Assembly: GCA_047495785.1 (NCBI GenBank)
Contig: JBLDXI010000002.1
Location: 992,001-1,056,000, forward strand
DNA from: Lepidodermella squamata
Taxonomy: Eukaryota > Animalia > Gastrotricha
Length of the DNA stretch: 64,000 bases
Direction of reading: 5' to 3'
Positions 9,801 to 23,753 of this stretch are shown here, piece after piece (within the stretch, counting starts at the first letter, position 1; the number at the start of each line of letters is the position of its first letter). Below the pieces are notes generated by a model that searched no databases, was not told the origin of the DNA, and saw only the letters and a list, made by a program, of their open reading frames with translations. A program made the position numbers and the translations under genes.

Positions 9801-12798
9801 ATAGCAAAAAATTAACTAAAATGGCTTGGCTAATAGAATATAGAGCTCAATATTGAATAAAGACAAAAATTCGTTCTAATTTGACTTATACAATTCACCC
9901 CGTTTTCTACGCAGAGATTCAGAATAATTCCAGAATTCAAGAGATTAGAACAGGTTTGAGGAAAAGATACCGTTCTCATTCATTTTAGATTAATTTGTTC
10001 AACGTTGTTATCAGTGATCAAAATTTTTGGATTTGCCAATTGCCAATTTTCGATCAGCTGGTGCTTTAATTTGAAATCAATAGCAATGCCATGAATATCG
10101 AATTGCAGGCCGGAAAGAGCAATAGGGTTAGATCCCTCTATAAATTTTAGGAGCAGTTTGATGGCAACTGAAATTTATCGCCTAAAAACTGTATTTAAAC
10201 AAAAAACGGAATTGTATTTACAGTAGATAATATAGAGCTAGGTCTGACAATCTACATCACCTGAAACCTCAATAATTACTGAAAATACCAGAACTTGAGC
10301 CGTTCTTGCCACCTTCGGTTAAAAAGAATCTATTCAAACCTCCAAATTTCATCTTAAAACATGCTAGTAGCTTTCGAATCAAAATTCGGAAAAATGAAGC
10401 CCGACTAATGTTTACGAAGTCCACGTGTCTTAGTCCAAAGGAAAAAAAAATCAGTCTCTTTTCCGTCGTGACGCGGATTACTACTAGGACAAGTCGCAGA
10501 TGGGTGATAATAAGTATATTGCCTTATTTGCAATTTTACAAAATTACTAAAATTACAACTAAGGCAATATATTATAATTAATGACGGAAGATGGTAGCCG
10601 GTTCCAAGCTGGACGCACTCGCCTCACAAATGAAAACTGAGAACTGGCATGACTGTACACTACAAAAAATAAGTCTGTTTTCACTGAGCACGAAAGTCCG
10701 TTATTACAAAATGTTGGTAAAAAACTCGGTGATTATCTGACGCCTGGTATTCACTTTTTCGGAAACTTGGTGAAAACTAAGCACTCGGTAATCACCTAAG
10801 TAAACTATTCGTAATAACCGAGTTCTTGGTAATCACCTCAGCAAAGTTATGGTAATAACCGATTTACCGAGTTCTAGGTAAATATCTCTGTTAATAATTT
10901 GTATTAACCGATTATTTACCGATTTTTTAGTTTTGACGTGGATGACATGGAGGAAAGCTAAATTGTGGAAAAAACGCTCAACTTAAAAGCCCGTAGAGCT
11001 GTGTTATGGAGCGCTGAGCCCTACGCTATCAACATGACAAATTAATTATAAAAGTCTCCCGAGAATAGGTTGGGTCAATTGTTTCGATCAATTGTCTACT
11101 CTGTAGTTTCCAGAGACTAATCGGCTTAGATTTCAAGATCGGCTTTTTATATGCATAGATTTCGATGGATTGAAATCTATAAGCATAGTAGAAGTCGGTA
11201 ATTATTACTAGGATAATAATAATTAGGAATAAAATATAAAAATGGAGTAAGTGAAAACACATTTTGACGTGCTCACTCGTGTACCTGATTATAGCTATGA
11301 ATCTTAGAGGAAAACCAATTGCACCAGGAGATTCCCCATGAAAAACTGCTTTAGAAAACATTTTCAAAATAAAAAAATAAAAAAGTAAAAATAAAAATAG
11401 ACTAAATATTCAAAATGAACAATAATGGGAACCAAGTACCAGCTCTGCCACGGGTGACCAGGTGTGATATGGGCCTCTCACCATCTGCCTTTACTCCTTA
11501 CGCGTGCGTCAAAAAAACGAAGAAAATCGATTTGAAACTTATATACCCCTATTAACCATCACTTAATATGAGCGGCAACGTGGTCTAGTGGTAGCGCGTC
11601 CACATCTTCGGCAAGGCGACCCGAGCTAGCCATCGTAACAGAATGATGCGGTAAGCGCGGATTAGTGGAAATATTAAAGAAGTTAGAGAAATTTAAGTCC
11701 ACAGCACGCTGGTACATTTTATGACATAACGCAAGATCGTGTTGGTAGCGTCTTAATTCGAGTGAACACAACCCAAGCTTTTTTAGTCGTTCTTCATAGG
11801 AGGAGCCTTCGATCGATGAGTAGTAGGTACTACGATATAGCAAACGTTTTGTGAAGCGGATTTGAATCGATTCGACCTTTTCAATATCTGTTATTAGGTA
11901 AGGCGAGTAAACAGACGGGCAAAAGTCAAGACGAGATAAAGTATACGTTTTATAGGCTTTGAGATGTAAGGATTTAGAGGCGAACGATTTACAAATAACA
12001 CCGTTAATTCTGTGGCATTTAGTTGCCAATGCGTTACAGTGCTCAGAGAAGGTGAGATTTTTATCAATAATTATTCCGAGGTCTTTCACCGAGTCCACAA
12101 CATCAAGCTCGACATCTTTAATTTTGAATTTGAACATAAATTTGTTTTGCCCGAGTATAAGCACGACGCATTTTTTCGAATTCACAGACAGGCCGTTAGC
12201 GTCAAACCAGTTGATGATTTCATCCAAGTCTTTCTGCAGTTCGATGCAATCGCTTAAAGAACGGATCGCCCGGTATAGCTTCGTATCGTCGGCGAAGAAT
12301 TTCGCAATCGATCTCTCGACCAACACATTTACTTCTGTCGTGAAAATCAAGAACAGCAGCGGCCCTAGAACAGAGCCCTGAGGTACTCCAGAAGTGACCG
12401 CCGACCATGATGACACACTGTTATTCACTGCTACCCTGAAAAATCGGTCGCTTAAGAAAGCCTTTATCCAGGCGTGCAAGTTTCATGTACTGAGAATTAA
12501 TTACTTTACCTGGTCCGTCACAGCTCCTCTCAAGGGATGCATTCCATAAGCCTGTTTCCCTCGAGCAATAAGCTTGGGCGACCGTGTAATTCGAGGGTGG
12601 GCAAATTACTCGTAGGTTAGCTCTGCCCAAAGCCAGCCAGTCATCAGGAACATTATACGTCATCCACACTAGATTTCTCGTCGTAAATTGCTCATAAACG
12701 CCGAATTTTAACTTCGGAATCGAGCAACCTTTAGCAGTCAATGAGGTAGGATAGAGGATAAAGAATATCAAACAAATCACAAAAATATGCCGAGTCAT
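6862..12798 (-). CDS. Sushi-ankyrin gene B: signal peptide + 1 CCP + ankyrin repeats, with a 4.9 kb TE-filled intron
   Basis: Exon 12798-12510 (MTRHIFVICLIFFILYPTSLTA, CSIP...C...C...W...CDGP) ends phase 1 at G|gtaaag. Acceptor cctag|GC at 7631 is phase 1 and in frame with ankyrin ORF 7620-6862. Confidence 0.72.
7979..9488 (+). mobile_element. MULE-like (FLYWCH-type) DNA transposon, internally deleted
   Basis: ~50-nt TIRs (GG..TA..CCCACTTGCGCATTACCACTTGCGCATTCCCCTTTGCGCACGA). 8-bp TSD ATTTCAAG at 7971-7978 and 9489-9496. Confidence 0.88.
8288..9344 (+). CDS. Transposon-encoded protein: AT-hook, Pro-rich region, FLYWCH-like finger, transposase C-terminal motif; no DDE core seen
   Basis: KRGRGRPKGS; YEY...WRC...RCNGRA; EGWHNKIN...SFWAFIELI. 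A candidate 55-nt intron at 9009-9063 joins the two ORFs in frame. Confidence 0.6.
11630..12480 (-). mobile_element. CR1-type LINE reverse transcriptase fragment (truncated at both ends)
   Basis: WIKAFLSDR, SGVPQGSVLGPLLFLIF, FFADDTKLY, VKDLGI, SYEERLKKLGLCSLELRR. Confidence 0.93.
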
Positions 12799-13091
12799 GA
12801 GTCTTGAATTATCTATAATTTTCATAGAAATCGAGAAATAGAAACCTCAAAAAATCTAAAATTTTTACTATAATATGGATTGAAATTATTAAATAATAAA
12901 TTCAGCTGTGAAAAATAGCTGATTAAGAATAATTTGAACTTGACCTGAGTTGCAGTGGCTGTAGTGATTGTACCTATTATTTATGCAGCTATTGGAATGT
13001 TTACCTTGGGAGGAGAACCTTCACAGATGTTTCAACCTGTTGCCATTTGCAGAAACATGATTAACGAATGTAATAGCAAACAGATGACTCA

Positions 13092-13622
13092 TAGAGCAGT
13101 AATCCCTAAATTCGGCCGCTGCGACCTATTTTCGGCCGCCGGCCGATATAATATGTACGCAAAGTGGTGTGCAGCAGTTTTTTTGCACGAAAATCAAGAA
13201 ATGTGCACTGTCTGTTTGAATATGTTCCACGCAAAAATGAGTATAAATGGGCGAGGGAGCTCATGCCGTTTCTGCAAGTTCATGCATCCCGTCAAGGAAA
13301 AGCTCCCAGGTACGGTAACACAGACGATTTCCACACTCAACTTTTTGAGGCGAATTTAAAGGAATCAAACTTACGGTATTAGCTGAAGCGGATGAGGTGG
13401 CGAAATTAAGGCACTTGGTTCCCTAATTTCGGCCAGGAGTCCAAGTTACTACTAAATTAGCTAAAAATCAAGGTAAAATCGTTCGGACTTGCGCAAACCG
13501 GCAATCGATAGCCCGAGAAATCCTCTATAATATTTCTGTTATTGCCAATTTTTCTTCCAAAATTCACCTGGGTGGCAAAGTAGGAAAGCCAAAAGCGGCC
13601 GAATTTAGGGCGCAGTGCTCTA
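13092..13622. mobile_element. MITE-like element
   Basis: Imperfect ~28-nt TIRs TAGAGCAGTAATCCCTAAATTCGGCCGC / GCGGCCGAATTTAGGGCGCAGTGCTCTA. No clear TSD. Confidence 0.6.
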
Positions 13623-14012
13623 TTTGTAATAAAACATGAAATTTCGTGCACTTCGTCGTCAGCTAACAGGGAGTTCGCATGAAAACGTTCTATTTTTCAG
13701 TTAGTTTAGCTTTGTTTGGCTATTCTGAGCTCAATCAGACTATCAATACGTTAACGCTACGTCTAATGCGCGAAAAACTCATAGTTGCTCAAGGCGTCTT
13801 ATTCATTTCTCATTTCAACTCGATGATATTTATAATTCTCCATGTAATTGAGTGAAATCTCCAAATCTGTTCAAAAGGGCTTCCTGATCCCTTAATCACA
13901 TATCATTAAATAAATGCAGTTCGAACACAACTTTTTTATTTAGGAATTGAAAACGAGAGAAAGAACATCTGCGGTGGTTAGTAATCCAGAGAGACAGAGA
14001 GCAGGCCTAAGT

Positions 14013-17000
14013 TTATCGGCTGAGTTTGGGTGACGTATTCGCAAGATTTTGACAAATCGGCATTGTCCGGCAACCTTCAGTTGATGCACCGTTGAGAGCA
14101 AGCAGTTGAACAATCCGAGGAAATCTCTTCTTCGCTGCAATCGTTAACGCCGTGTCACCGGCCTTGTTCACCGCGTTAACATCAGCGCCATTGGCCAACA
14201 GTACGGCTAACACCTTTACCGAACGATGGCTGACCGCATTCATCAACGCTGTATTGCCATCGACGACATTGGCAATCCCATTGACTTGGGCGCCTCTTTT
14301 GATCAGAGTTTTGATGATTTCATCGTTATCTTTAGCCGCAGCCTCCCACAACGCCGTAGTTCCGTTCATAGTTTTCGCATCGATCTCCGCCTTGTAGTCC
14401 AACAGGATCTCAACAGTTTCCAAATAGCCTGTGAAAGCCGCGAGTACCAGCGCGGTTTGATTCATTTTATCTCGATTGTTAACCTGGGCACCCTTCTCGA
14501 GAAGAAATCTAACGACTTCAGGGTAGTCAACGGCGAGTATCAGCGGGGTTTGGCCGTAATCAGCGTCTTTCGCTTCGATATCGCCACCGTACTGTATTAT
14601 ATTTTCTAGGCAAGATGTCATAGCTGGGCCGTAATTCTCAATCACAGTTTTTAGGGGCCACACTCCCAAAGATTTCATCAAGCTTTCTCGATTATCTTGG
14701 ATTTTTTCGTGATCCAAAACAGTAGAGATAATGCCGCAATTTCCATATGAAAGCCCGAGGGAAATCGCGTCGAAACCTAATGCTTCTTTGATTGCGGGGT
14801 CGGCATTTTGATCAAGTATGAAAGAGATAGCAGTTTCCTTCCCGCAAATGACGGCATGATGCAGTGCAGTGGCATTCAGTGCCTCGCTTGCGTTTTCGCA
14901 GTAAGTTGTGGAAGATGGGTCTCTCCAGTTGATGTCACACTGGGAATCTCCCAACAGCTTAAGAGCGGATTCCACCTCAACGCTTACAGCTGCTTTGATC
15001 AGCTTTCGTTGATCCTCAACAGACTGTTAAACTTTCAATATTGCAAGCTATAAAAATGGTGGTAAAAAACTCACGCAGGATGAGGGTTCGCAAGTTGGCG
15101 GAGGCGACCATTGTGAATCATCTCCGCAAGTTAAAGTGTCAGAGCCTTTCAGAGAGTATCCTTCGAAGCATTTGACAGCCGCAGTCAAAGCCTTTGAGTC
15201 TGAACCAGTCGTGACCTCGCTGTTCTCAATAACCGGGAGCTGCCCACATCGTGACAAGCCAGAATCTGCGGTGAAAAGGTACAAATACGATGTTAAGTTG
15301 GGACATCATAAAGGGGTGTGCATTTTCCTACCATCAATTTTAGGACTAAACCAGAATTTTTTGTATATTTCACCATTAACTTTGGGGTTTTCATCATCAA
15401 AGAACGGAAGCGGAAACAGCCATTAATTTAGATTCTTGCACCAACAAAATGAATTTTCTCTCCAGAGATTGGAGAATGGATTAGCAAAAGTACCTAAATT
15501 GAAGGCAATTTTCGTTTCGTTGGCGAAAGCCCCAATTTGATGGTAAAGACCCCCAAAATGTATGGTAGAAAGCATTTCCCCTTTGAAAAACAGCACCTAG
15601 CATTCTTCAATGCTATTTGGGCAAACGAACCTTGTTGGCATGTTCCAACTTGACTCCATTCAGGCTTGCCAGTTTCCAGCAATACTTCACAAACAGCTTC
15701 ACCTTCCCCTATGTAGCCGTCATCGCAAGTGAATTTTCGCTTCGAATCGATTGAGTTGGATCCTGCCTCAAAACGTCCGTTTTCAATTCTAGGCTCGCCG
15801 CCACAAGATTCTAGGAGTAACGCAACAGATAATTAACTTCAAGTTGTGGATAGTTGAAAACCTTACCTTTAGGTACACATTTGCCCCGGTAGACCCAATC
15901 AAGCGTGCCATCTGATTTCGTTATGCATTCCGCGAAGTTCTCTCCTTCGACGATAAATCCTTCATTGCAGCTGAAAAGTCTCTTAGCACTTTCTGCGTTC
16001 GGGCCGTCATAGAAAGCACCATTCACCATCTCCGGGTTCAAGCATAACGAGAGTTTAGTACTTCCAGTGCCATCTGCAAGCATTACGATATCATAAAAAG
16101 AAATCTCACAAATATCAAGGTTACTTACCTGATTCGCACGAAGCGAGTGGATGCTGCCTCACCCACTTTCCATCACGGCAGACCACATCCAAAGTTTCGC
16201 CATGGACGATATTGTAGCCAGTGACGCATTTCCCCATACTGATGTCTCCTTGAGCAATTCCAGCAATGGAATAAACAGCATTGGCAAGCTTCGGTTCATC
16301 TTTGCACGATGCTTGGGAAAGGAAACAAAAATTGTTGTAAAATCAACAACAAAATCGCATTACGTTTGCAAAACTGTGGGCCAAGCAAATTAACACTCCA
16401 GACGCCATCCGCACCGCAAACAGAAGTCACGTTATGGCCGTAGTTATCAACACCGTTCAGACATTCAAGCCTGGCCTTGTCGTTTTTCGTTGGTGTCTTC
16501 GCTTTCCATTTCAGCCAGAAGTTGTTGGCCCAGTATTTGATGATGTGGTTCGGATGTGTGTGCCGATTTACTTTTAACCACGGACAGAATGTGATAACAC
16601 CCCTCACTCGCTGCGAATAATTGAGCGAATAAACAATAAAAGCGACAAATTTAATTGTTAACTCACTGGATCGCATGTATAATTGAACGGGTGGTCCCAA
16701 CTGCCGGTTTCCATGCATTTCAAGTAAGGAATAGCTTCCTCTTCAGGTGATCCTGATTTCAAATCGGAGTCACTTGAACAAGTGACTTGAACGGAGCAAT
16801 TTGCCTTGACATGAGTGATTTGACCATCATTGTTACGGCTGAAACCGTCAGTACTGCATGACGTGTCGAAAGGCTCGATGATCAATGACTCGATTACAGG
16901 AACTTGGCACTGTACGGCCTGAATAATTGAGAGTATAAAATGTATAAAAATAAATATATTTATGTATATAATAAAGATTAAATTTGGAATAATTTTCATG

Positions 17001-17288
17001 GGGAAAGGCAAGCCAAAACCGTATGAAAATTGCTGGCCGCTAAAGCAAAGTTACATACAGTATTTGTTGAAATAGTAGCCAAGTCACTAATAGTCGCTAA
17101 TAGGGGTTGAAAATGTAATAGCCCGGGCTAATATTGGAACAAAAACCGTGCATTTCCACTTCGAATTTGGGTCTAATGGGTATAACTGAAAAATCAATAT
17201 ATTTTACCTTTTCCTCAGCCACAGCGCAGCGAATAAAGCAAAAACTCACCACACATAAAGCAACATGAAATGAAACTTTCAAACGCAT
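14013..17288 (-). CDS. Sushi-ankyrin gene C: signal peptide + 6 CCP-like modules + ankyrin repeats
   Basis: ATG 17288 MRLKVSFHVALCVVSFCFIRCAVA. Six single-CCP exons between 16918 and ~15075. Ankyrin exon 15023-14013 (SVEDQRKLIKAAVS...CDINWRDP). Confidence 0.87.
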
Positions 17289-18511
17289 CCTATTGTTGTG
17301 TGAAAACAGCAGAAATAGAAGGCTATTTCAAATAAAGGATAAAATTGCGATATTCGGCTTTTCTTTTCATTTTTGTAGGTAACGAATTAGTAGCCATAAA
17401 AAAGATTGGAAAAAGAGCTGAAACCTATCATCAATTAACTGGCTTGCAAAGTAGTGAATTAACTTCATGAAAGGTAAACACGACTGAGTAGAAGCAGGAC
17501 GCGATAAATTTTGAAACAGATTTCATACATTAACAAGTTAGACTTTGGCAGAAGGTGTCGAGTGTCATCTGGAGGGTCAATGGGACACTAAGTAAACATA
17601 CTGAAACGGAATGCTTACATAATTAAGAACTAGCCTTTCAAAAAATCTATTTCGATGGGCATTCATGTTGAAAAATAAAAATAATTCGAAATAGGCAAAA
17701 TTTGGTAAATGAACGGTTCTAATGGCTAATGAGCAGAAGTGGAACAGCCCAGATAAAAATCCGTCTGCCCAAATGCATGTTTTGGCCAAATTTCTTGTTG
17801 AAGGGGTTCAACAATTATAATGTGGAATTTTGGTGCTATTTTTCACAGGTTCTCGCGGTAAATTTTCATCTGGGTAGCTAGCTTTTTTCCAACCCAACCT
17901 TGCCAATGACCAGGCCTGTAATTTTAGGGAAAGTCCAGCCCAACCGGCCGGTAATAACCTGTTTCTAACGTTTGGTCGAAAAATTTCTGAAATGGTTATA
18001 ATATGCAGAATTGTAATATGTATGAAGAGGCAGTTTGTTTTACTGCTACAAACTTGGGCCTTGAGCCTAGCTCAGTGCACTAATCTCATTGGTGATCTTT
18101 CAAAAGCCCATCAGAGCTAACCCGTAACTCGCTGTTTTTAGCCAATGATCGTTGGAAAAGGTAGTACCACACACGCCTCATCGACAATGTAAGAAGCCAT
18201 ATGAATCGGTCATTTTCCATTCAAACCAAACCTGGCCTAAACTAGACGTATGCCGGTAATAACCTCATGTTCTACCGGCCGGTTTGCAAAACCTGTTTCA
18301 TCGTTGCTATTGAGATGGAAGCGTCACTATGAATAGAGCGTTAACTTCCTAAATTTCCAAGAATCAGTCCCTGAGGATATTCTGAATTCAACGATTTTCC
18401 GAAAACTCGTTTTAGAATAAAATACTGGCCTGAATGTCATCAGTTTTATTTGTGAAACAATGAAGGAAACAATCAATCGTAATGTAAACGTTAAAAAACA
18501 ACAACTTGTCA

Positions 18512-21500
18512 TTAAAATTCTGGGAGGACAAGCTCTGGCAGTTCCGTTGTAGTCGTCGTCGTAGTCTGCTTCTTACAAATGTCCATAGTCTTGCAGACTT
18601 CAAGAGAAGCCCCGTGCTCTGCCAATATGTCCACGATGCGAAACGAACCCATCTTTGCAGCCACAAGCATGGCAGTTTCGCCAGCTTTGTTCGTCGCCTC
18701 GAGGTCAGCTTTCGGAATCAACTTTTCAATAACCTTACGAGCTCTCTTTTCAACAGCGTTGATCAGCACGGTATTGCCGGTGAGAACATTGGCAACCCCA
18801 TTGACTTGCGCGCCGCTTTCGAGCAGAAACTCTACAACGTCGTCGTTGTTTTGGCCCGCAGCCTCCCAAAGCGCTGTCGTACCATTCGCAGTTCGCGCCT
18901 CAATGTCAGCGCCCTTTTCAACCAATTGCGTAACAACTTCATAATTGCCACGAAAAGCCGCGATGATCAGAGCTGTTTGGTTGAATTTGTCGACAGTATG
19001 AACCGACACGCCACGGGCGAGAAGTTTCTCCGCCACTGCCGGACCAGTTTCAACGTTGCTTGCTGCAAACATCAAAGGCGTTTGGCCGTAATTTTCTTCA
19101 GTCGATTCGACATCAGCTCCGTAGTCCAGTAACGAGTCCAGGCAGTCATAGTCGATTCTACCTTCGTCATCGGGTCTTTCCAAGACCGTGAAGATCGGCA
19201 ATGTTCCAAGAGCTCTCAAGTTGCTCCACCGCTTTTCAAAGTTGAAGTTCAAAATTGTTTTAGCGATGTCGCAGCGTCTCCAATACAGCGCGAGAGTGAC
19301 GACATCAAACTCGCTAGCATCCTTGATAAACATGTCGCCTCCTTTCGAGTTGACGTATTTGACGGCACCTTCGCGTTCGCAGTAAACAGCGTGATGGTAG
19401 GCGGTTGCATTGGCAGCCTCGCGGCCTTCGCAATAGGCAACTATTTCAGGATCTTGCCAGTTGATGTTACAATGTGCTGCCAGCAGTCTTTCAGCCTCAT
19501 CGAAATTAATTTCGTCCTGTCCTGCAATAGCCTTGATGAGTTTGCGTTGATCATCATCCGACTTCAAAAAAACAAAATGTTAAGTTGATTTTTGAATTTT
19601 AAATTCCAGAATAAGCTATAGACGCAGGAAAATACGCTGTACTTACACATCTTTCCTCGCATTTCGCGTCGAATTTCCATTTCAAATCTCGGCCACAGGT
19701 CGCCACGTTAGAACCTTTCAGCATGAAGCCAGCTTTGCACTCGAAGGTGGCGATCGACCCAGGAAAAAACGGTCCAATGTTTACATCTCCGGATACCAAA
19801 GAGCCGTTTTCGAGAACGGGTGGGGCCTCACAGGGTGGCAAATCTATAAGGCAAGATAAATCGACTAGAACATTGATCAGACAATGTTGCTTACCACCCA
19901 ATGCACAGTTGCCCGAAAACGTCCAATCAGCCATGTTATTGTAATCAAGGTCGCAGGTCGCGTAGCCTTGGCCATCTTGGAGTTGGTAGCCTGGGTTGCA
20001 TTTGAAGTCGCGTTTTGAGCCGATGCTGTTGCTTCCGTCTGAAAACTGTCCATTGTCTACTTCAGGATCAGCACAGTTTGTTGGAGGAACTGAAATAATA
20101 ACACGAATTAGCGGATGCTCTTCGATTACCAAAGAGAAATGACTCACTTGTTGATGCGCAACTGCCTAGGATATCCCAGTCGTAGGAGCCATCGCCAGAA
20201 TCCTTGCAAATTGCTGTGTTTTCTAACTCCAACTGGAATCCTTCGTTGCAAGTGAAGTTCAAGCTTGTAGAAACTTCATTGGTTCCTTCGCTAAAGACGC
20301 CATTCGGAATGAATGGTTCCGGGCAATACGCAGTTTGAAAACCTTGAATTGGATCTAAATATTCAATGTGGATAAAAACAGGAATAAAGTTTAAGAAAGC
20401 TATCTAGGAATCAAATCGGTCGATAGAAGCCGCCGATCACACGAAAAATATAAATAAAAAAGGATGACTTTTGGCATGGGTTTAGGACGAATTATGATTT
20501 TTCTGTCAACTGTATATGCCTGTTATCAAACGCTAAGGAGAAGAGTGTATAGATGCCTTTTCATTATGTATTTTTAGCGAATTTTTCGGCCCGTTCCTGA
20601 ATTTTCGCCCGCTCACTAAGACGTAGCCATAGAGAAAAAATGACCCCATTTTCATTTTTTCAAATTCTTGTCATTCCATATTCATGTGGTTCCTCGGTCT
20701 CATATTTTGACCATGAACAGTCAGAAGCCATTTCAGCAAGTTCACGCAATCTCATGAGCCAATTCCTCACCGTTAGCGAGCCATCGTTGCTCAGAGCTTT
20801 AAAAGGAAAAAATTGATAATCGCTCGAGGGCGCCCTAAATTTGCTCATAAAAGCCACGATAAAATCTTCACTTCTGAACCTGAACTGCACACTCGCTCAA
20901 TTTGTATCCTTTTGGGTTCAGGTTTGGTAGATTGATAAGTGCCAACACGTTGAGAATACTCTAATTTATCAATCTACCAAGCCTGAACCCAAAAGGATAC
21001 AAATTGAGCGAGTATGTCTCTTATGGTCTGCTTATGGTCAAAATATGAGCCTGGGTTATAGAATGGTTATGGGATGACAAGAACGTGAAATAAGTGGACA
21101 TTTTTTCTACATATTTAGGTAACCCTACCCACGGTGGGTAGGGTTACCTATACATGTAGAAAAAATGTAACCCACCTTATCCTAATTCTTGAGTAAATTA
21201 GTTCAACTTACTTGGTTCTGGTTCGCACGCAGCCAACAGCATGGTCTTGTGCCATATTTTGTCGCGACATTTCATTGCAATTTCGCCATGCACCTGCATA
21301 TATCGGCTCTTGCACCTGCCGTAACGAACAGCGCCCTCGTAGTTCGGGCCTTTCGGGAAAACCGCGTTCTCAAATTCAGGCTCGCCATCGCATCGGGCTA
21401 TAGGTAGCAAATACAGTAACAAGTTGCAGAAAAATAAGATGTCATGAGATTTACCTTTGCAAAAGCTTTCGTCAGCGAAATTGACCGACCAACTGAAGTC

Positions 21501-22175
21501 GCTTTGGCATACTGCTATCGTATTGTGGCCTATAAGATCATCGCCGTTGCCTTTGCACAATAGTCTCATCAAGGTGCCGACTCGCGGGACGGCGATAATC
21601 GGCAGCCATATATCACTTCCTGGCTTTGCGTATGAGACATTGTGGTTTGGATATTTGCTGGGTTGTAGCTTCGGCCGGCTACAAAATGATGATGAGAATC
21701 TTTCTGCCGCCTGGATCGGAACGAATAATATGAAAACTCGATAGAATAGCCATATCTTATTCTGAACCCTTACCACGCATTTGTAGTCGAAAGCGTCGTT
21801 CCATCTGCCGTTGGGCATGCAGGCACGAGTGGGCGTTATTACCATAGGATTTATGAATTCGTATTCAGCATCGCATTTCACTTTGACCGCACAATTCGCT
21901 GTGACGATTATGGGTCTATTGTCGGATTTTCTTGTCAGATAGTTTCGAGGTGACAGCTCGCAGGTTGTTGTGTCGGGTTCGACTATCAAGTTCACGACTT
22001 CGGGCACGCGGCATCTCGGCACCTGAATGAGTGAATGAATTATAAAAAATCACATCGAAAATTCGACAATGATGAAAAGCAAAACTGAGAAATTTACCTG
22101 ATAATGCTTTCGGCTTTTCGCTAGAACACTCGGAGCAGTCAAGCCGACGAGTATTATGAATGAGAAAAGTATCAT
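18512..22175 (-). CDS. Sushi-ankyrin gene D: signal peptide + 6 CCP-like modules + ankyrin repeats + Thr-rich tail
   Basis: ATG 22175 MILFSFIILVGLTAPSVLA. CCP exons from 22022 to ~19648. Ankyrin exon 19561-18512. Confidence 0.87.
20640..21170. repeat. Nested inverted repeats / foldback MITE-like sequence in gene D intron
   Basis: ~48-nt arms at 20891-20938 and 20966-21013. Looser outer arms ~20662-20720 and ~21027-21085. Near-perfect palindrome 21099-21169 centred on ctacccacggtgggtag. Confidence 0.8.
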
Positions 22176-23753
22176 GGCTATAACAAATAAGAAACCCTTT
22201 ATCACGGTAAATTGAAGATTTGGAAGTTAATCTGAGCTAAGATGATTGAATGTTGGAAAATTAAACGTAATGCATAAAAGTTCGACTGCAATTTGAAGTG
22301 GCCCGTAGCCCATTTTGGTAGCATTGAAAATTGAAATGTCACTGTAGCACATGTTTCATGTTTACCCAGTCGGATCGTGTGAAATTTAAAATCAGGTTGA
22401 CAGAGAACAGATGATGCCAAAAACAAACATGGTAATTAAACAAGCAACCAATTTGTGAGCAAATGAAGCTGGCACAGAAATCAGCCGGTTGGTCTGAAAT
22501 TCACCTGTTAAGAGTCGTGTTGAATACAGCACACATATCCAAATTAATTCATGTTTAAAATTGCTTAATTATTAAAAATTGATCAATTTGTGAATTTGTT
22601 GAGAGCAATGATTAATTTCTATGGCAGTCATTCTAACAAGGTCGCATACAATTACTGAAGGGTCTCGACATTTTTCTGGGTTCGTGGGTTCGGGGTTCGG
22701 GACGGCCACAAATGTCTTCATTTGCATATCCCAAAATATCTAAATATTTTAATATTGGAAATATTGGAAAAATTTAACACTGGAAACGGAAAGTCACCAA
22801 ATTTTGAATTCTTTGAATTCCATGATCTGCTGGGATTTCGAACAAATGCAACAAAAATGTAAGAAGCTATAGATTTCCTGGGTAATCTATACCGTAAGCT
22901 GGTCTTATTTCTGACAAAAACGTGTTTTTCGGGCTTCGTTTTTGGAGGTGAGCAAATTTCTACGCGATTTACGCCAAAAGATGCGCCTTGAAAAACTGCA
23001 CATTATCGGGGGAAAATTTGTCTAAACTTACCTAAACACAGGTATTCACAGGTAACTGACTCGGCTAATTTCGGACTTCTGACACAGCTGGGGTAATTTC
23101 GGACAGCTCAGCGTGAATATTTAGATTGGGGTCGAAGTTCACATTAAAGAAAAAACCTAAAAAAAAATATATGATGAGTGATTCGAACCCTCGATATAGT
23201 TAATTGTGCTCCCAACGCAGCTCGGTTGAAAAACAAGGCTCGGGGCTATCTTCTGCATTTAGAACGGTCTCTATGGGTTGAGGAGAAATTCGAGTTCGAA
23301 GTCAAAAATTTTCCGAAATTACCCCGTCCGAAATAGGACCAGCTTACGGTACTGAAACTAATTGGCTCAAAACTAATATTATGGGTGGCGAATGACCTTG
23401 ACCCCGTTGACTTTGCCCGGTCTGATCCTTCATGCAATCCTTATACTATTTTTGTATTTTAAAGATAGAGTTGGTTTGCTGATGATTTTACACAGGCTAG
23501 ACGCCACAGGCGCTTTTGTTTCAAGATGAAATCAGCACGCTGCCAAGACGAAACTCCCTTCCGAACGTAAGCAGGATTCTGCACACAACATAGTGTATCT
23601 ATATGTTTTACGCGAATTCCAATCACAGCAGCCCTAATTGCTGATAGCCATTTATTTAGCTTTATTTTTTTCGCAATATTGGCAACAAAATGCTATTTCA
23701 ATCGAACTTCATATCAAAAAGTCAGATAAGTCAAAGAGAAAACAATATAGTTC

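Noticed and set aside
11572-11645. Functional tRNA gene
   Set aside because: No T-arm/B-box or acceptor stem closure visible.
12955-13382. Cys-rich 134-aa ORF
   Set aside because: Non-ATG start, crosses a MITE boundary, and has no coherent domain pattern.
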